From Poseidonia sp. (GTDB lineage: Archaea > Thermoplasmatota > Poseidoniia > Poseidoniales > Poseidoniaceae), in NCBI GenBank assembly GCA_965661285.1, contig CBFIDD010000005.1, positions 75,094 to 139,093 on the forward strand: 64,000 nt of DNA. The letters are read 5' to 3'. This document shows positions 11,016 through 21,300 of the stretch, piece by piece. Under the pieces are notes generated by a model. The model ran no database searches. It was not told the origin of the DNA and worked only from the letters and a program-made list of their open reading frames with translations. The first letter of the stretch is position 1. Each line of letters begins with the position of its first letter. Both the position numbers and the translations under genes were made by a program.

Positions 11016-11792
11016 TTGATGGATACGATGTTTCTTGACGAAACCTCGGGAAAATTGCTCGCTATTACCGTCCTCACCGTGGTTTCCGTCTCGCTCATTG
11101 GGGGCAGTCGACATCAACCCTTCCCGGAAATTTCCGGTCGATTCGGCTGGGTGCTCGCCAGCATCACCGCCCTGCTCGCCCTCGGTGAATCAGCTCCACG
11201 CCCAATGTCGCTGACCTTCCTGCTCGTGGTGGTGCTCGGTCTGGGGAGCTATGGCGTGCTGGTCGGTGTTCATCACATGGTGCGAACGCGGCGGGACGTG
11301 TTCATCGCGCCGATGTCGGGCTTTGTGTTTTGTACCGGGGCGGGTGGACTCATGGTCCTGACCTGGCCCGACTTGAACACCCTCGAACAGTGGGCTGGAT
11401 TCCTCTTGCTCGTCCTGCTCGCCGGTGGTCAAACCTGGATGGTCTTCCGTGGCCTGCTCATCGGGCGTCTTCCGCTCGCTTGGAGTCAAGCCGGCATGGT
11501 GGCGTTGCAGCGACGCCAACTCCACGGCCCTCATGGTGCCATCGCCTGCTTTGAGCGTGGATGGGACGCTGACGAAGAGCACCTCAATCCCATGGCCTAC
11601 GTCGCTTTGCATCGCATCCATCTCTTCCTTGAGCAGCCCAAACAAGCGCGTCGGTGGCTGGAGGCGTTCGAAGACGCCGGTGGAGAAGCGGCGGTGGCCC
11701 CCGAATGGATCGATGCCATTCACGCGGCGTTGACCGAGATGGGTGCAGATTTTGCCGCCTTACTTCCCGAATCCATAGTGGAAGAGGGTTGA
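11016..11792 (+). CDS. Multi-pass membrane protein with C-terminal TPR-like helices
   Basis: About five hydrophobic segments, then AWSQAG...AIACFERG...AYVALHRIH helical pair. Confidence 0.7.
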   Translation: MMDTMFLDETSGKLLAITVLTVVSVSLIGGSRHQPFPEISGRFGWVLASITALLALGESAPRPMSLTFLLVVVLGLGSYGVLVGVHHMVRTRRDVFIAPMSGFVFCTGAGGLMVLTWPDLNTLEQWAGFLLLVLLAGGQTWMVFRGLLIGRLPLAWSQAGMVALQRRQLHGPHGAIACFERGWDADEEHLNPMAYVALHRIHLFLEQPKQARRWLEAFEDAGGEAAVAPEWIDAIHAALTEMGADFAALLPESIVEEG

Positions 11793-11864
11793 GATTGCAC
11801 TTTTCCGGGGAAAAATGACACAAAACAAACGAGGACTTATATCCTTCGAGGTCGATATAATACC

Positions 11865-12146
11865 ATGAACCACCTTCAAGAGGCACCCGATGACTGGCCC
11901 CTCGGAAACATCCTCTGGTTTGCCGTCCTCGTTTGGTTCTCCTCAAGCCTCCTCTCCCAATCGGCATACATGGCGATTCATGGCTTGCCCTATGACGCCG
12001 TGTCGATGCTCGAATCGCTCGGCCCGTTCTACTATCTCATCATCGCTCTTGAGGTGGCCATGTGGGGCGGACTCTTGGTGATGGGTTGGCTCAAGTTGAG
12101 TCGGTCGGGAGCCGACGATGCTGCCTCCGTGGGCACGTCTGCATGA
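11865..12146 (+). CDS. Small two-TM membrane protein
   Basis: Two hydrophobic helices; TTATAT 28 nt upstream of ATG. Confidence 0.7.
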   Translation: MNHLQEAPDDWPLGNILWFAVLVWFSSSLLSQSAYMAIHGLPYDAVSMLESLGPFYYLIIALEVAMWGGLLVMGWLKLSRSGADDAASVGTSA

Positions 12147-12240
12147 CGAATCCGTCGGATGTTTGATTTTCATCGATAAAAGCATATTTCCCATCACGGG
12201 CATCCGATGACTACAAGAAGCGTCAAGTCAAGCGCTTACC

Positions 12241-12726
12241 GTGACTGCACCTTCTGACGAACCTCTCTATTCGGGGCTCCCCATGGCGCTGGACGAACTC
12301 TCCTCCGAGGAGATTTTGCCCTACCCGCTTCCCGAAGGGGCGATGGTGGTCACCATTGAGGAGGCCCGGGCATCGCTGCACGAAGCCAGCAACGTGCTGA
12401 TGGTGCTGCAGGCGATGAGCGATGAAGCACACGACCTGACCAATGAACTCGAATTGCTCCTCGACCAATACGCCATGACGCATCCACACGTGATGGAGGT
12501 CGCTGAGCATCTCGGTCAGTTGGTCGGCCAGTGGCAGGCCAGCGTGGCTCGCCTCGAGAGCATCGGTGCACGCATCGTTTCCATGGACCCCGGCCGTCTG
12601 GAATGGTACGGTGTGGTTGACCACCGCATGGCCTTGTTTTCCTGGGCGGTCGGCGAGACTGATATCGAGTGGTATTATCGAATGGAGGAAGGCTTTCCTT
12701 CCCGCAAACCCCTCATAGAGGCATGA
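12241..12726 (+). CDS. DUF2203-like protein
   Basis: TIEEARASL start, coiled coil, then LFSWAVGETDIEWYYRMEEGFPSRKP, matching the family C-terminal motif. Confidence 0.75.
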   Translation: MTAPSDEPLYSGLPMALDELSSEEILPYPLPEGAMVVTIEEARASLHEASNVLMVLQAMSDEAHDLTNELELLLDQYAMTHPHVMEVAEHLGQLVGQWQASVARLESIGARIVSMDPGRLEWYGVVDHRMALFSWAVGETDIEWYYRMEEGFPSRKPLIEA

Positions 12727-12749
12727 GGTCGCAGGGTTGAGGTCGGCCG

Positions 12750-13445
12750 ATGGTCAAGATCAATCGCGTGTATACCGGTGGAGGCGACGAGGGCGAGTCT
12801 TCGCTCGTGGACGGGTCTCGACGTAAGAAATCGGACCCGAGGTTCCATGTGGTTGGCACGTGTGATGAAGCCAACAGTTGGCTTGGTTTGGTGTTGGCCG
12901 AAATCAATCGACTTCCGAACCACGATGACGGTGGCGAGAGGACCAGCGTTCATCGGGTACAAACGGTGCTTAACGAGGCCATCGCCCGCGTGCAGAACGA
13001 ACTGTTTGACCTCGGCGCAGAGCTGGCTTGTCCTCCCGAAACCCTGCCCGAGTACATGGTCCTCCTCTCGCAGGCTCAAACCGATGTGCTGATGGCAGAA
13101 ATGGACGCATGGTTGGCGACCCTTCCCGAATTGACCAGTTTCATCCTTCCCGCAGGCTCACCGCCGGTGGCCTGTATGCAGGTCGCTCGCACCGTCGTAA
13201 GGCGGCTGGAACGCGACATCGTTCAACTGCAAGAACGTGAAGGCGAAGCTTCGGTTCGGCCGCTGGTGAAGGTGTACGTCAATCGCCTCTCGGACTGGTT
13301 GTTCGTTATGGGGCGATGGGTCAGCACAACCCTCAACGAAGAGGAAGCGCTCTGGGTTCCCTTGGGCAAACGACCGGCCGAACAGGGTGTCGCTCATCGC
13401 GTCGAGCAAATGCAAGCGAATGACGATGACTTTTCTGCGCTTTGA
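12750..13445 (+). CDS. ATP:cob(I)alamin adenosyltransferase, PduO/MMAB type
   Basis: RVYTGGGDEGESSL, GTCDEANSWLG, QNELFDLGAELA, FILPAGS, ARTVVRRLER, VNRLSDWLF. Confidence 0.93.
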   Translation: MVKINRVYTGGGDEGESSLVDGSRRKKSDPRFHVVGTCDEANSWLGLVLAEINRLPNHDDGGERTSVHRVQTVLNEAIARVQNELFDLGAELACPPETLPEYMVLLSQAQTDVLMAEMDAWLATLPELTSFILPAGSPPVACMQVARTVVRRLERDIVQLQEREGEASVRPLVKVYVNRLSDWLFVMGRWVSTTLNEEEALWVPLGKRPAEQGVAHRVEQMQANDDDFSAL

Positions 13446-13447
13446 CG

Positions 13448-13858
13448 CTACTGCGACCCGTGAAGTTGAACGAATCGCCGGGCCAGTTGAACCACTCCTC
13501 TGGTCTCATCGTGGGTCAGGGTGTCCAACGCTTGGTCCCAGTCCAGCCAGAGATAACCTCGGTGCTCATGGGAGAGATGAATCTCCATTTCGTCGGTTTC
13601 GGCAACATACCAGTACACCTGTTTTGATGTGCGTTTGCCCTTATGCCGGAAAGTGTACTCGGTGCGTTCTTCAAACCCCTCAAAAATTCGAATGTCCTCA
13701 ATGCCGGTTTCTTCTGCGAGTTCCCTTCGCATCGTCGCATGTCGGTCGTCGTCGTCTGCTTCGACGTGGCCTTTGGGAAGGTCCCAGTGGCCCTGCGGAT
13801 ACTGCAACAGCAGCACGGTTCCGTAATTGACCAGCACCACCCCGCATGAGGTCTCCAT
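13448..13858 (-). CDS. NUDIX hydrolase, asymmetrical Ap4A hydrolase-like
   Basis: GHWDLPKGHVE...RRELAEETG Nudix box; LSHEHRGYLW. Confidence 0.88.
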   Translation of the reverse strand: METSCGVVLVNYGTVLLLQYPQGHWDLPKGHVEADDDDRHATMRRELAEETGIEDIRIFEGFEERTEYTFRHKGKRTSKQVYWYVAETDEMEIHLSHEHRGYLWLDWDQALDTLTHDETRGVVQLARRFVQLHGSQ

Positions 13859-13943
13859 AGCCCCGGCTCGTCACTTCTCATTCATGGTCGTAACGGGTGG
13901 CCGCCACCCAACCTTGATGGACATGAAACCGAGGCACGGATGC

Positions 13944-14933
13944 ATGGGCATCCTTCCACTGCGCGTCGAAGAGGTGCCTGCCTACCGCCGCATCGTCGCC
14001 GACTCGGACATGGACGGGTTGTTTGGCGCCGCAGTCCTCAAGGCGTTCCGCCCAGATGCAGAGGTGGTCTTCTCGCATGCTGCGGCGTTGCGCGCAGGTC
14101 TGGTCGACGACGTTATTGGACGGGACACCGTGCTTGTTGACTTGCCTTTTCATCCCGCATGCGGTTGGTTTGTCGATCACCATTTGACGAATCGCCCAAA
14201 CGAGGCTGAGGCCTCGGCGTTTGCGTCGCAGGGCGGCACACAGCACTGGGAGGCGACGCCGTCGGCTGCCCGTCTTGCTTACGAACTGCTGGCGGACATC
14301 ACGGACATGGACCATCTCGCACCCATGATGCCGGTGGTTGACGCATTGGATTCCGGGGGCATCAGCAAGGAAGACTTCCTTGCCGACGGTCCGCTCTTGC
14401 AACTGTCTCGGACGTGCACGTCTCGCGACCCCGAGTACATGATGCACCTCGTGAACCTTCTCGCCAACGGGGCCTCGTTTGAGGCCTTGCTCGCCGACCC
14501 CGTGGTGAATGCCAGATGCGAACAAGCGGCGAGCGAACGTGCCACGGCTCAACAGCATGTTGAGAAGAACACCACGATCCACGACCGTCTCGCTGTCTGT
14601 CGAATGGACGAAACATCGTTGCGAAGCAACGGGTATTTGGTCACCGCTTGGGTCGGTGACGCCGCCGATGCCTGCTGCATTGTCCACGGCTACGCCGACG
14701 GGAGTTTGGAAACACCTGAACGCCCCCCCCTCGGCGCCAGTTTCTACGCCAACTCGTTCTTGCCCAACGGCCAAGGCCGCTACGACCTTTCTCGGATGGC
14801 GACGTCGCTCGATCCCACCGGTGGTGGTCACGCCAATGCGTGCGGTTGTCGGATTCAGCCGCCCGGGCTGGAGGCCAACATGGAGCATTGGTTGTCGATG
14901 TGGGCTCAGCGCGACGTCGTGCTGAAGCTCTAA
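13944..14933 (+). CDS. DHH/DHHA1 family phosphoesterase
   Basis: DSDMDG, VDLP, VDHH, PSAARL and GGGHANACG motifs; start uncertain (13917-13944). Confidence 0.85.
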   Translation: MGILPLRVEEVPAYRRIVADSDMDGLFGAAVLKAFRPDAEVVFSHAAALRAGLVDDVIGRDTVLVDLPFHPACGWFVDHHLTNRPNEAEASAFASQGGTQHWEATPSAARLAYELLADITDMDHLAPMMPVVDALDSGGISKEDFLADGPLLQLSRTCTSRDPEYMMHLVNLLANGASFEALLADPVVNARCEQAASERATAQQHVEKNTTIHDRLAVCRMDETSLRSNGYLVTAWVGDAADACCIVHGYADGSLETPERPPLGASFYANSFLPNGQGRYDLSRMATSLDPTGGGHANACGCRIQPPGLEANMEHWLSMWAQRDVVLKL

Positions 14934-14934
14934 A

Positions 14935-15171
14935 TCAGAACTTTCGTGTCATCGTGATGTTTGAGGAGTTCTCGATATCGATGTCCTCGTCAACGTCCTC
15001 AACCGGTGCTTCGGCTTGGACAGTCGCCTTCTTCAGGCGTTTGACGGTGGCTTTGAGGACTTCAAACTCGATTTCGAGGTCTTCAAGCGCATCTCGGGTT
15101 TGTTCGATGTGCTTCTCCACGCGGTTCAACACTTTGTTGACTTTCTTGAGGGTGCGTGCCTCTCGGGCCAT
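14935..15171 (-). CDS. Small coiled-coil protein
   Basis: Heptad-rich 78-aa ORF; TTCAAA 29 nt upstream of ATG. Confidence 0.7.
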   Translation of the reverse strand: MAREARTLKKVNKVLNRVEKHIEQTRDALEDLEIEFEVLKATVKRLKKATVQAEAPVEDVDEDIDIENSSNITMTRKF

Positions 15172-15222
15172 GGTGGAGGGTCAGTCCACCTTGATTTGAA
15201 GGTTCTCCACAGGAAAAGGGGG

Positions 15223-17583
15223 TCACTCTTGCTCGGTTTTTGCTGTTCCTTCCGGGGGTGAGATGCCCGAAGCAGCGGCATGGGCCGTTGGTTTGGGGCC
15301 GCGTAGGAAGGCCGGCGCCCACCAGTTCCACTTCCCCATCAGGCGCATCGTCGACGGCACCACCAGTGCTCTGACCAAGGTGGCGTCGATGAGGATGGCC
15401 AGCGCAAGACCGAGACCGATTTGCTTGAGAATGATGACCGAGGACAGGCCAAAGGCACTGAACACGACCACCATGATGGCCGCTGCACCCGTGATGAGTC
15501 CACCGGTTTTCTGCAGACCGTTGGCCACAGCCAGCGTGTTGTCACCGGTCCGTTCCCATTCTTCGTGAATCCTCGAAAGCATCAGTACCTCATAGTCCAT
15601 CGATAGCCCGAACACGATGCAGAACATGATGACGGGGTTGCCTGAATCAATGGGTTGGGGCGTGAAGTTGAGCAGTTCAGATCCATACCCCCACTGGAAC
15701 ACCCAGACAAGCATACCAAAGGAAGCCGAAATCGAGAGGATGTTCATGGCGATGGCTTTCAGCGGAATGACCACGGAACGGACCTGCATGAAGATGAGGA
15801 AGGTGGTGGCGATGAGAATGAACGCCAAGGCTCGAGGCAGGTTGTCGGAGATGGCCTCCAGATTGTCGGCGTTGTACGCGGCAAAGCCCGCAACCAACAG
15901 GCGGTCGTTCTCGCCGGTCAGCTCGTCCAAGAAACCGCCACGTTCGTTGCGAATGTCTTCAACCACTTCGCGAGAGTCGACGTTGGTTTGCGCCCCCTTG
16001 AGTTGCACCGACATCATCGTGGCATCGTCGCCAACAAAGGCACTCCGCAGGCTTTCACGCATGGCGATTTGCTCGGCCGTGAGAAACGCATCGGGTGCGC
16101 TCCAGTACTGCACGACATCGTCAGCACTCATATCCGGTGCTGGCAGACCAACACCAATGCCGCCGGCCACCCTTGAATCGTTGAGCAGTTCCGTGAGGTA
16201 GGCGTGCTGGGCGCGGAGGTTGACCTCGCTGAGCGGGTCAGCACCGTCGGTGTCGATCACGAGGAAAATTGAGTTCGCTGCCTGGTCTGGCCACTGCTCG
16301 TCGATGAGTTCCATGCCCAGCCGCGACTCGTCATCGGGCGGAAGCGCCTTCCACGAGGAGAGCGAGAATTCAGCGTAGGCAAAGGGCAACCCTGCACCGA
16401 TGAGCAGCACCAAGGTTGGAATCAGCACCGCCCAAGGACGGTCCATGACGCGCTTAGCGATGCGTGCCCACATACCGTCGTCCTTTGCGGACATGTCTAG
16501 CGCGTACGGGATTTTCAGGCTGTTCACGCGGTGCCCGAGCCACGCCATGACGGCGGGCAACACGATGGTTGAGTACACCATGGCGATGGTCACGGAAATG
16601 GTGCCGCCGATGCCCAAGGAAGGGAGCGAGGTGTTGGTGAAAAACAGCATACCCATCAAGCCGATGGCCACGGTGATACCGGAGTAAAAGACCGCTTTTC
16701 CGGCGGTGGCACAACTCATGGCCGTAGCGGTTCGAACATCGTGTCCTCGGCCCAACTCCTCGCGGAACCGATTGACCAGGAACAGGGAATAGTCAATGGA
16801 AACACCGATGCCGATCAACGATATGATGTTGGTCGCATAGACCGTCACGTCGGTTACATTGGATAACCAAATGGTCATCCCGATGGCGGCCAGGACGGTT
16901 CCAATGCCCACGCCGACGGGCAACAACGCAGCGATGAGGGAACCGAAGACGAGCCCCAGAATCATCAAGGACAGCGGTCCTGAAACCAATTCGGCTTTGA
17001 TGAGGTCGTTTTTGATGCGGTCGTCAAAGGTCCAATCAACGGCGATGCCGTCGGTCATCCAACCCTCAAAATCATCATCGATATCGACGCTCTCGTGGAG
17101 GTCGTCCATGATGGATTTTGCCTCTTTTCGGTTGGTGTTGAACACCACTTTGTTGATGGCGTACTGGCCGTCGGGATCGCTGGCCACCACGTCTTCTCGG
17201 TCGACTTCGTCAATGTCCCAGGAGAACTCGATGACGACATCGGGATGGTCGCTGAAATCAGCCAGCGCTGCTCGCACGGCGTTTTGCCATACCTCGCTGC
17301 TGTCGTTCAGTTCAGGATGGAAGACGAGGTAGCGAAACGAAGGGCCACTGTTGTCGTCGTCGGTGGAAAACCGTTCGGAAATCAACCGACCAGCGTTCAC
17401 CGATTCAACGTCGTCCTCACCAAAGCCTTCCGCCCAATCGGCCCCCATGGACATGAGCCCCGTCATCAGAATACAGGAGACCAAACCGAACGCCATCATG
17501 GCCTTTTTTCGGTCGTGTATGAACAAACCGAGTTTGTAGAACGCCCTGTCTTTGAGCATCTCCGGGTCGGTGGCACCTTCCAT
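15223..17583 (-). CDS. MMPL/RND family transporter (MmpL3-like)
   Basis: GIGVSIDYSLFLVNRFREE and FGLSMDYEVLMLSRIHEE TM motifs; DATLVRALVVPSTMRLMGKWNWWAP C-terminus. Confidence 0.93.
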   Translation of the reverse strand: MEGATDPEMLKDRAFYKLGLFIHDRKKAMMAFGLVSCILMTGLMSMGADWAEGFGEDDVESVNAGRLISERFSTDDDNSGPSFRYLVFHPELNDSSEVWQNAVRAALADFSDHPDVVIEFSWDIDEVDREDVVASDPDGQYAINKVVFNTNRKEAKSIMDDLHESVDIDDDFEGWMTDGIAVDWTFDDRIKNDLIKAELVSGPLSLMILGLVFGSLIAALLPVGVGIGTVLAAIGMTIWLSNVTDVTVYATNIISLIGIGVSIDYSLFLVNRFREELGRGHDVRTATAMSCATAGKAVFYSGITVAIGLMGMLFFTNTSLPSLGIGGTISVTIAMVYSTIVLPAVMAWLGHRVNSLKIPYALDMSAKDDGMWARIAKRVMDRPWAVLIPTLVLLIGAGLPFAYAEFSLSSWKALPPDDESRLGMELIDEQWPDQAANSIFLVIDTDGADPLSEVNLRAQHAYLTELLNDSRVAGGIGVGLPAPDMSADDVVQYWSAPDAFLTAEQIAMRESLRSAFVGDDATMMSVQLKGAQTNVDSREVVEDIRNERGGFLDELTGENDRLLVAGFAAYNADNLEAISDNLPRALAFILIATTFLIFMQVRSVVIPLKAIAMNILSISASFGMLVWVFQWGYGSELLNFTPQPIDSGNPVIMFCIVFGLSMDYEVLMLSRIHEEWERTGDNTLAVANGLQKTGGLITGAAAIMVVVFSAFGLSSVIILKQIGLGLALAILIDATLVRALVVPSTMRLMGKWNWWAPAFLRGPKPTAHAAASGISPPEGTAKTEQE

Positions 17584-17688
17584 GATTCCTATCCACAAAA
17601 AAGGTGTATTTGAATCGGCGTCTTGTTACCCAACACTGGACGGTGAAGAAATCAGGTGGTGCATCGCGAGGCGAGCACGGCCGGTGCA

Positions 17689-18159
17689 TCACGTCAGCAC
17701 GTCAAACGTGTAAATGAAACCGAGGAAGGCGTGGATGAAGACGAGGTAGATGATGAGGTCCGCTGCACGTCCGTGCTTGAGTTTGGCCGCAGCGAACGAT
17801 TCCCCTGCTTTGCGTTGGGTTCGGGCCTGCTTGCCCAGGCGCGTCATGAACACCATCAAGCCGAAGCCGACGGGGCCCATGAAGCCGTGAAGGGATTGAG
17901 GTATCAGTGATACGGCGATGGCCTCGCCGGCGTACCAACCTTCAACACCTCGGGCAAGGAAGGCGACGAGAATGACGATTCCGGTGGCCCATAGCAGGCG
18001 CTCCCCGTTCGTTTCATGACGAGCGAGGTGAAGGGCTCGCTCTTCACCTTTGAGTTCGTAGGATTTCTTCCGCCAGGCGTACTGCCACCACATCCAGCCC
18101 ACCAAGGCACTCGCGAGCAACGGGTGCAGGAGCAAGACAACGGTGGGCACAAGTTCCAT
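17689..18159 (-). CDS. Four-TM membrane protein (DUF4079 / cytochrome b561-like His pattern)
   Basis: LLHP, RHE, SLHG, KHG and IHAFLG histidines on TM helices. Confidence 0.65.
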   Translation of the reverse strand: MELVPTVVLLLHPLLASALVGWMWWQYAWRKKSYELKGEERALHLARHETNGERLLWATGIVILVAFLARGVEGWYAGEAIAVSLIPQSLHGFMGPVGFGLMVFMTRLGKQARTQRKAGESFAAAKLKHGRAADLIIYLVFIHAFLGFIYTFDVLT

Positions 18160-18363
18160 ACAGACTCATCATCCGGAGGCGTCTTGGGTTCAAGGAGGTA
18201 TGCCTCGAGGCCTTGAATTGAGCAAACCAGCCCATCGGTGGATTGAAAGGGCTCCCGTCGTGGGGAAAAACGAGGGGATGAAGGGTTGGACGAGCAGTAC
18301 ATGGAGACCTGCCTCAAGGCAGCGTTTTCAAAACCCAAGTCGGGGGCTGCTCGCGTTTCCATC

Positions 18364-21300
18364 ATGAACCGCGAATCAGCGTGGAAAATGCTGGACAAAC
18401 CGCTCCGCGCTCATCTCGTCATCGCCGCTCACGAGCAAGAGCCGCCCGCATCCGACGATGACGATGATGCAACGCCTCGTCGGCCGGCGATGAACCGCCC
18501 ACGTGGCCGGATGCGTCGGTCTGGACGCCAAACGGGCCCTTCGCACATGGGCTGGCTTCACAAACCGCAGGAGGTCATCGACGAGTCGCCCTACACGACT
18601 GCGTACCAACTCGCTACCCTGCTGGTTCACAAGCAACTCGATGAAGACGGTTGGGATGAAGCCTGGAACGCCCATGAAAACCTGCTTCGCGAGACCTGCA
18701 TGGTCGAGGGCGTTCACCCCGTCTGGCACACCATCGGTGAAAAGACGCCACTTCTCGGTCAATTTCTTGCTTTCCCCAAGGCCAAGGCGGTCAAGGCGAA
18801 GGCGACCACGACGATGGGGACGGATTTCTTTTGGATTGACCCGCGGGACAAGGACGCCGTGGTCACGGTGTTGAAATTGGCCGGTGCGGGCGTCAACGAT
18901 CCGGACATCAAAGTGGCGTTGCAAAAGGCAACCAACCAAATCTCGGGTGGCCGATCGTTGACGTTGGAGCACCCCTTGGACGCTCTGGACGGTTCCATGT
19001 CGTTCATCACCGTGCTTCTGGCGCTCCATGCGAGTCAAGAGGTTCCTGCATCTGCACGAAAGTCCTGTAAAAAAGCAGATGGCGACCTTGCTGAAGCGCT
19101 CGAGGAGTTCGAACACCTCCTGAACGGAACGGTGAACGATTGGCCGGGGCTCCTGTCGCTCAACCGAGACGATACGCTTTCGGTTGCCCGTCGAACCCTT
19201 GGATGGCAACATGCACCCTCTGAGGCCGAAGCCTGCACCTCAACCGAACTTGAAACAGGCTTGGATTTGCTTGAACAGGCCGGCATTCATGAAGGGCGCG
19301 ACCGACTGACATGGTGGCGCTTGAAGGCGCTGTTGCGAGAGGGCAAACAGGAAGAAGCGGTCGATGTGCTTGAACAACGCCGGCTCGATGCTTCTTCGGC
19401 CGTTGAGGAATTGATACCGCTCGTCGCCTCACTCGCCAGCGAGCGTGCCGATGCTTGGCTCATGCGCTTCATGGACGACGTTGACGAGCACGCTCTGTTC
19501 CACATCGCTCAAGATACGGCTCTCAACCCGCTCCTGCGTCGTAAGGCTGCCCAGCGTCTGTGCGACGAGCAAGGAGCGATGTGGGACGAATGCCGTCCTG
19601 TAGCCTTGACCTTGCTGCTGGAAGACCTCGACGTGAACCGTTTGGCACGCGTCTTTGCCAGCGACGCCATGCTCTCGCTCTCCTATCCTTACATGTCGTT
19701 GCTCGTCAGCCACCTTGCTCCGGCCAACATCGACGCTGAGCTCCGACCGCACATTCATGCCTGCCGAAGCCAAGCCCTGCAGGCCATTCACGGGGCCGAT
19801 GTCCCCGATGTGTTGAGTCCGCTGGCCGAGCATCTTCTTTTCTTGATGGAAGGCATCTACAAGGAAACACCCGAAGTGGTTGATGTTCTCAACGCGAAAG
19901 CCATCAAAGCCTTCTCACCGATCAGCAGGGCGCTGGCCGACAACGGCGTGGTCAACGCCACACAAATTCGCAACATGGAGGCCAGTTTGGACGAGTTGGA
20001 CCTCTCCGCCATCGAACGTCGTTTGTTTGATGTTATGTTGGTCACGCTGACAATGAACCGCCATTTGCAGGCCTACAACATCGGCATGGCGAAGACAGAG
20101 GATGCCAAGGAATTGAACGACCTCTTGGAGAATGAAACCCTTCCACTCCGTTTGATTCAATCCTTTTCGGTGTTGATGGTGGAACATGATTTGGGGCTTG
20201 AAAACTTGGTCGTTTGGTATCAAAAGAACGACCCGTTGTCTCCCTGGGCTCCCCTCGCCCGAGCGGCTCATTTTGCCGCACTGGGAGACGAGTTGAACTC
20301 TGCTCGCGAGTATTCACGAGCGGCCGAACTTTTCACGAAGGAGCGAAAAAGCGGCGGCACATCGACGCAATGGGCATCGGAAAGCGAGGACGACGATTTC
20401 GTTCTCTCGTTGCCGCTGATGCTGTATCGTAAATCGCTCATCCACTACGCGCACGCCACCTCGTGGGCGGAGGCCATCGATTTGCTCGAACGCGTGCCAT
20501 CGCTGAAAACAGCCATTACGGAACGTTTCAAGCTCTATCTGCGCGTGTGTTTCACGGCCAAAACCGATACCAACGCAGCCGCTCGGCTGATCCGAAACCA
20601 CGTTCAGCAACGGAAGACCGTGCTTGAGGAAGACGTTGAAGGCAACATGGTGGAAAAAACAAGGACGTCCTACAACGAGGAAGAACTTGACCTGCTTCGA
20701 AACTATCCCTTTGAACAAGCCCACCTCCTCCCTCCTGAGCCTTTCCTCGGGCGGGTGACGGCCGCTTCGACCCACATCAGTCGCGACCTTCGCCGTTCAC
20801 GAACACAGTTCGAGCACCTCTTCCGACAGGCCATGCAGAGCCCTTCGCCTTCGATGGAGGAGGTCTATGAGATCGCCAAGAACGCCGCTGAGGAAGGGGC
20901 GTTTGAGGGCTTGATGTACCTCGAGCGGGCACAAAATTCCAGTAAATTTTCCATTACCGCCCGCAATCGGCTGGCCGGTGTTGAGCAGTCGCTGTTTTCC
21001 CAATACAAAGACGACATACCAACATCCAAGCGTCGTTTCTTACACAACCTGTCGTTGTCACCGCTGGTGATTGTTGACACCAACGTCCTGGTTGATGCCC
21101 TCGTGGAGCGGATGTATCAGCGCATGGATTTGGTTCTTGATACCAACGTGAACATCATCGCGTCGAATCAATTCCATCGCATCTTGCTTCATCACGCTAA
21201 GTCGAAGCGCTTGGAGCTGATGATTCCCGAAGATGTTCGTGGTGAACTCAAGCAGTTTGCGAAAGACCAGCGTCTCGTCTCTCGATTCAAGGGTGCCATG

